Origin: a virus
Lineage: Duplodnaviria; Caudoviricetes
Direction: 5' to 3' (one strand)
Virus record (IMG/VR): IMGVR_UViG_3300002219_000849
Span: 1-52,376 of that record
Length of the DNA: 52,376 nucleotides
Shown here: piece by piece, positions 47,821-52,376 of the stretch
Numbering within the stretch: position 1 is the first letter of the stretch
Layout of the letters: every line of letters begins with the position of its first letter
Translations under genes and position numbers: made by a program
The notes under the pieces: model-generated
What the model saw: the letters and a program-made list of their open reading frames with translations, nothing else
What the model was told of the DNA's origin: nothing
The model's database searches: none

Positions 47821-48114
47821 TTACTTCATCCGATTGAATTCGTTGTGTTTCTTTACATGTTCACTCTCGAGCTCTAGAAATTTGATCGCATCGATCTGCA
47901 AAACTTTGATGAGCTCTAACACGAGTGGAATCGGTAATTTCTGACCCCTTCGACCACTTTCTATTTGGTAATAGTAATAGTGCGAGAGATTCAACATCCT
48001 TGATACTTCTTCAACCGATAAACCCAAATTGTTTCTATGCTCGATTAGATAAAACCTTGGTAGTGGTGTGGCTTTGTCGCGATTCTGAACTTTCCCTGTT
48101 CCGTTGACAGGCAT
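47821..48114 (-). CDS. Cro-like XRE HTH regulator
   Basis: RNNLGLSVEEVSRML..YYQIESGRR; AAAGGAGG RBS; divergent from the repressor. Confidence 0.82.
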   Translation of the reverse strand: MPVNGTGKVQNRDKATPLPRFYLIEHRNNLGLSVEEVSRMLNLSHYYYYQIESGRRGQKLPIPLVLELIKVLQIDAIKFLELESEHVKKHNEFNRMK

Positions 48115-48218
48115 GTACTTTCCTCCTTTCGCTAAATTCGATGGTGCCTTGATTATATGAGAAAGCAATCCGTCAAAAAATAACTTGGAGAAGCGAAATC
48201 ACAACAGCAACAAAAAGA

Positions 48219-48238
48219 GTTTTCATATGGATGAAAAC
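48219..48238. promoter_or_regulatory. Inverted repeat in the cI/cro intergenic region (operator or leader terminator)
   Basis: GTTTTCAT-ATGG-ATGAAAAC. Confidence 0.45.
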
Positions 48239-48349
48239 CCTTGTTTTTACGATAGAATTGATAGTTAATGTCATCAGTAACATTGACTTGTAAACATTTG
48301 TTGTGGTATCATTCTTGCGAAAATATACGAATGTGAAGAGGTGACCTCC

Positions 48350-48946
48350 ATGGTTAAATTAAACACCGAAGATGATTTCAATAATTTGTTTATCTGTGAG
48401 AATTTGAAACGTTTGCGTGTCTCACACAACTTATCAACAACCCAAGTAGCTAGCGTCATAAAAAAATCCCGCCAAGGCTATCTCAATTACGAGAATGGCT
48501 CCAGGGAGATTGGAATACACGATTTAATTAAGCTATCACAGTTCTATGGTGTTTCGATTGATCACATAACCGGTAATCCATTCTCGAACAGGATTAGTCA
48601 CACGCTCGCATTTAGGACCTACGAGATGGTAGATAATGAACTCAAGCAAGTCCTGCCTTATAATATCAATGCAGAGAACGATGATGTCATCCTGGTGAGA
48701 TATAGCGAGCATAAAATTGACTTCTTCTGGCGCACTCAAACCTATCACAAGAATCAAGTGATGCTCTTTTCATACTATAACCGGCACTATATCTCTAAGA
48801 TATTTTACAACATAGATGGCGGAGGTTGTTTCTTTATTCTTGATGAAATGTTTAACTTTACAAAAGCACAGTCAGAAAACCTTATTATACATGGTATTCA
48901 TGCAGGTACAATTTCAAAGAATTTTCAAATTCCTAACTTCTTATAA
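48350..48946 (+). CDS. XRE-family repressor
   Basis: XRE HTH; paralogue of 1-600; GAGGTG RBS. Confidence 0.85.
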   Translation: MVKLNTEDDFNNLFICENLKRLRVSHNLSTTQVASVIKKSRQGYLNYENGSREIGIHDLIKLSQFYGVSIDHITGNPFSNRISHTLAFRTYEMVDNELKQVLPYNINAENDDVILVRYSEHKIDFFWRTQTYHKNQVMLFSYYNRHYISKIFYNIDGGGCFFILDEMFNFTKAQSENLIIHGIHAGTISKNFQIPNFL

Positions 48947-48960
48947 ACCTTACAATACGT

Positions 48961-49005
48961 TTGTGCCACTGGCATGTAGTTTTAAATTTTAGTTAGTGAT
49001 AAACT
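48961..49005 (+). promoter_or_regulatory. Promoter TAGTTT-N17-TAAACT with TGCCACTGGCA box
   Basis: 19-mer identical to the reverse complement of 37184-37202. Confidence 0.65.
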
Positions 49006-49065
49006 ACTGTTGGTAGGTTAGGCAGCGTCACAAACTCAGTGCTCATAAGGCACGCACTTTCCCTA

Positions 49066-49093
49066 GGGATTGCTATGGCAATTCCTTTTTTTT
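49066..49093 (+). terminator. Leader terminator upstream of the SHOCT gene
   Basis: GGGATTGC-TATG-GCAATTCC plus T8. Confidence 0.75.
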
Positions 49094-49119
49094 CTTTTTA
49101 TCCTTTAGAAAGGATACCA

Positions 49120-49302
49120 ATGAATAAGACTACGATCGTTACCGATCAAATGAAATACGATTACTCAGTTAGGATAGCTTTTAACCTTTATATGGAAAAG
49201 CTTCTCACTGAAAGTGAATACAAAGAAATACTGTCCAGATTGAAACAACAATACAACATAACCTTTATTACATCAGAAAGCAATGAAATAGTTGGGAATT
49301 GA
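49120..49302 (+). CDS. Small SHOCT-like protein
   Basis: AAAGGA RBS; LYMEKLLTESEYKEI; paralogue of 774-947. Confidence 0.72.
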   Translation: MNKTTIVTDQMKYDYSVRIAFNLYMEKLLTESEYKEILSRLKQQYNITFITSESNEIVGN

Positions 49303-49329
49303 CTTGCTATTCATTGCTTTTAGAGTGAT
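49301..49329 (+). promoter_or_regulatory. CTTGMTAT-N8-TTTAGAGTGAT motif, copy 4
   Basis: 28/29 identical to 949-977. Confidence 0.7.
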
Positions 49330-49359
49330 GTATATGTACTAACCAAGGAGGTAATATTA

Positions 49360-51078
49360 ATGCAAAACAAACAAGTCAGAGTCATACAACCAAAACCTGT
49401 ATTCGATTTATCAGGAACCCTACCTAAGAACCTCAAAAAACGCGTGTGTGCATACGTTAGAGTGTCCACCGATAATGAGGAACAGAAAACGAGTTACATC
49501 GCTCAAACGGACGAATACACCGAAAGGATTCAAAATAACCCTGAATGGACATTCTGTGGTATCTATGCAGATGAAGGCATCAGCGGTACTTCCACTAAGC
49601 ACAGGAAGCAGTTCAATAATATGATGGATGCTGCAAAGCGTGGTGAAATCGATTTGATTATGACAAAGTCAATCTCGCGTTTCGCTAGAAACACCGTCGA
49701 TTGCTTAAACTACATCAGAGAGATGCGAGCAATCAATGTTGAGATATTCTTCGAAAAAGAAAACATCTACTCCTCAGATCCAAAGGTGGACTTCTTATTA
49801 ACTATCATGTCATCCATCGCCCAAGAGGAAGCAAGAAATGTGAGTGAGAACGTCAAATGGAATGTTCAAAAGCGTTTCAATAATAGCGTTCCAATTGTGA
49901 ATCACAATCGGTTCTTAGGTTATACCAAAGACAAACGAGGTGGCAACTTAATCGTTGTACCTGAAGAAGCAAAAATCGTCCGTGAAATCTTCCAAATGTA
50001 TGTGAGTGGTATCGGTCCGATGAAGATTGCAAAACACATGGAATCCTTAGGTGCTACCACAGGTGCTGGTGCAACCAAATGGAGTATGTCCACAGTTGCA
50101 GTAATCCTTAAGAACGAAAAATACATCGGTGATTTGGTTCAACAGAAAACGCTGACGGTTGATTACCTTTCACATAAGAAAGTTAAGAATAAAGAACTCG
50201 CTCCGATGTATCACACCGAGAATGCACACGAAGCAATCATCGATAGAGAAACATTCCTCCTCGCACAAAGGATCAGAGAGGATCGTAGCAAGGTAAAAGT
50301 TGGTAAGGATAAGAACCTGGCCAAGTACAATGTCACTTATCCATTCTCAGCATTTATCGTTTGCTCAGAATGCGGTCGAACCTTGAAAAGACGCTATTGG
50401 AATTACGGCACACCAGCTCAAAGAGTCATGCAACAATGTGGTGGCTACATCGACGGTAAAGCTCACTGTAAGGCTAAAGCAACATACCAAGAAATGATTG
50501 AAGGTGCAACTGTGAAAATGCTAAACGAGGTGTTTTTACAGGAAAGGGATATCATTCCAAACATTCAGAAAATCATCAAGTCAACCATTCGAATTAGTGA
50601 TGTTGAAATCAAGATTCAAAAGCTTCAAACACAAGGCGATGAGCTTGAAAGAATGATATCAAACTTAATTGATGTTCAAGTGAAGAATCCTAATCTTTCC
50701 CAGGAGGATTTCAACAGCAAATACCAATCATTGACCTTGCAGCTACACAATAACAAAACCGAGATTAGAAAGCTTGAAGGTGAGTACTTAACGAACTACG
50801 ATACACGTTCAAGACTTGCAAAGATTGAAACTACACTCAACAATTTACTAGAGCCCATCCAGGAAGTTGATAGTGATACATTGCGTTCATTCATCTACAA
50901 GATCATCTCAGTTACACCTGAAAACATTGTCTTCTGTGTAGCAGGAACCAAGAATTATACAGATAAAGAATTCTCAGAAAATCGACATACTTTTGAAGCA
51001 CTAAAACCTTTAGCAACAGGTACTTATCATAACGAAAAGTACGATAAGATTATGAATTATAAGGTCGTTATTATCTAA
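49360..51078 (+). CDS. Large serine recombinase (prophage integrase)
   Basis: CAYVRVST, YADEGISGT, KSISRFARN, CSECG; full-length paralogue of 1007-2731. Confidence 0.95.
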   Translation: MQNKQVRVIQPKPVFDLSGTLPKNLKKRVCAYVRVSTDNEEQKTSYIAQTDEYTERIQNNPEWTFCGIYADEGISGTSTKHRKQFNNMMDAAKRGEIDLIMTKSISRFARNTVDCLNYIREMRAINVEIFFEKENIYSSDPKVDFLLTIMSSIAQEEARNVSENVKWNVQKRFNNSVPIVNHNRFLGYTKDKRGGNLIVVPEEAKIVREIFQMYVSGIGPMKIAKHMESLGATTGAGATKWSMSTVAVILKNEKYIGDLVQQKTLTVDYLSHKKVKNKELAPMYHTENAHEAIIDRETFLLAQRIREDRSKVKVGKDKNLAKYNVTYPFSAFIVCSECGRTLKRRYWNYGTPAQRVMQQCGGYIDGKAHCKAKATYQEMIEGATVKMLNEVFLQERDIIPNIQKIIKSTIRISDVEIKIQKLQTQGDELERMISNLIDVQVKNPNLSQEDFNSKYQSLTLQLHNNKTEIRKLEGEYLTNYDTRSRLAKIETTLNNLLEPIQEVDSDTLRSFIYKIISVTPENIVFCVAGTKNYTDKEFSENRHTFEALKPLATGTYHNEKYDKIMNYKVVII

Positions 51079-51120
51079 TTTTTTTTGAAGCTAAATATGT
51101 TGCGTAAGACACTAATTTGG

Positions 51121-51160
51121 AAAAAAGCCATCGGATACCTTTATAGGTCACCTGATGGCT
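51121..51160. terminator. Hairpin terminator between convergent LSR2 and GT4 genes
   Basis: AGCCATC...GATGGCT stem preceded by an A run. Confidence 0.65.
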
Positions 51161-51209
51161 GATAAATATACATGGTAATACTACTTACTCAGTATTCCAC
51201 TGTCCAACA

Positions 51210-52376
51210 CTATTTTCGACTATCTTCAATCAATTCTTGGTAGTGAATTATTAGTTCTGTGACTATTTGATCCCATGTCAAGTATAGATCTCTAAATGCA
51301 TTATCACATATTTGCTCATGGCTTTTTTCATCATTAAAAATACTGATTATCTTTTCTGCGTACTTTATATGTGAGTTGTGCGAAATGTATCCGTTGACGC
51401 CATCAACAATTGTACTTGCTGTTACCGCTTTTTCAAGAAACAATGTGGGTGTACGTTGACTAGCAGCTTCAACTTGAACAAGGGATGAAGAATCATATAG
51501 TGATGGTAGTAAGAAGAGATCGGACAATTTATAGTATGCAGACAGTTCAAGTCTGTTTGTAATTCGACCTGTAAAAATCGTGTTCTCATACAGTCCATTT
51601 TCATCAATTTTTTTTCTCATAAATTCTTCATATGGTCCTGATCCAATAAAAACCATTTTAAACTTGAAATCTCTTTTTTTTAAAATAATCAGGGAGTCAA
51701 TTATAAAATCAATATTTTTAATTTTATCCAAACGACCGACATATAATAGAACTTTATGTTCAATTTGAATTTGATGTTTTTTTCTCAAATCATTAGAATG
51801 TTGTTCATCAGCCAAAGGTAATAAATCCGTTGCGTTATGTAGGACGCTTGGCATTCTTTCTGTCCCGTATTCATAAAACACTTTTGCAACTTCGTCATTT
51901 ACTGCTATTAGTCGGTCACATTTATTAAATCTTCTCATTAATTCAGTTGTCGCCATGTCACTGATAAATTTGTTTTTGGTATGCTCATAGAAATCTTTCT
52001 TATATTGGCTATGCAATGTTGCAACAACTGGAATGTTATTTTTCTTTGCGTAACTAATTCCATAATTACCTACAGCAAATGGACTATGTATATGAGCAAT
52101 ATCAAATTTTATGTCTTTTATGTTCTTACGGAAAAATGCATCAAAGCCTGGAAACGATATTCGATAATCTAATTTGTGAATTTTGATCGACTTTGTTCTG
52201 ATGACCTTATATGGGAAACAATTAATATTTTCAATTTTTCCGTAATCAGGTGCAATAACATACACTTCAGCAGTCTTAGACAATGTTTTTGCATAATTAT
52301 CTACAACATTAACTACGCCATCGATCATCGGGAAAAACACATCTGTAAAAAAGCCAATTACTAGTTTTTTTTCCAT
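51210..52376 (-). CDS. GT4 glycosyltransferase (diacylglycerol glucosyltransferase-like)
   Basis: FTDVFFPMIDGV, HIHSPF, YVGRLDKIKN, DLFLLPSLYD..LVQVEA. Confidence 0.9.
   Translation of the reverse strand: MEKKLVIGFFTDVFFPMIDGVVNVVDNYAKTLSKTAEVYVIAPDYGKIENINCFPYKVIRTKSIKIHKLDYRISFPGFDAFFRKNIKDIKFDIAHIHSPFAVGNYGISYAKKNNIPVVATLHSQYKKDFYEHTKNKFISDMATTELMRRFNKCDRLIAVNDEVAKVFYEYGTERMPSVLHNATDLLPLADEQHSNDLRKKHQIQIEHKVLLYVGRLDKIKNIDFIIDSLIILKKRDFKFKMVFIGSGPYEEFMRKKIDENGLYENTIFTGRITNRLELSAYYKLSDLFLLPSLYDSSSLVQVEAASQRTPTLFLEKAVTASTIVDGVNGYISHNSHIKYAEKIISIFNDEKSHEQICDNAFRDLYLTWDQIVTELIIHYQELIEDSRK

Larger units (their letters stand above)
6222..51160. mobile_element. HK97-like siphovirus prophage (~45 kb); right att not seen
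   Basis: Terminase, portal, protease, capsid, tail, tape measure, replication, repressor and LSR genes in canonical order. Confidence 0.92.

Overview
AT-rich bacterial DNA (standard code, TGA used as stop). Most of the window (~6222-51160) is an apparently complete HK97-like siphovirus prophage. Its genes lie mainly on the minus strand: early/replication, packaging, head, tail and holin-like modules, with no recognisable endolysin. A repressor-SHOCT-large serine recombinase (LSR) module on the plus strand sits at its right end. The left end of the window (1-3183) is the terminus of a sibling element with the same three-gene module. Two symmetric att-like sites (centres 3182/3183 and 6221/6222) each encode, on the minus strand, a replacement C-terminus resembling the rRNA methyltransferase RlmD/RumA (THVETITLLSLKTA*, THVETISLLSLK*). 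This points to tandem accretion at an rlmD 3' end, with a 3-kb recombinase-less cassette trapped between the two sites. The prophage carries many defence-like morons: DUF3800 / pol-beta nucleotidyltransferase / Abi_2-HEPN, a repeat-flanked HEPN cassette, a Mini-RNase-III + HhH-like fusion between terL and portal, DUF2971, DUF1643, a PHP-ATPase (Ppl-like) and an AlwI-family type IIS RM system. It also carries metK, a ParB-methylase and a second, tyrosine recombinase. Non-coding DNA holds three repeated regulatory motif families and terminator-containing leaders that suggest antitermination control. A GT4 glycosyltransferase closes the window. All product calls come from motif recognition by eye, not from database searches.
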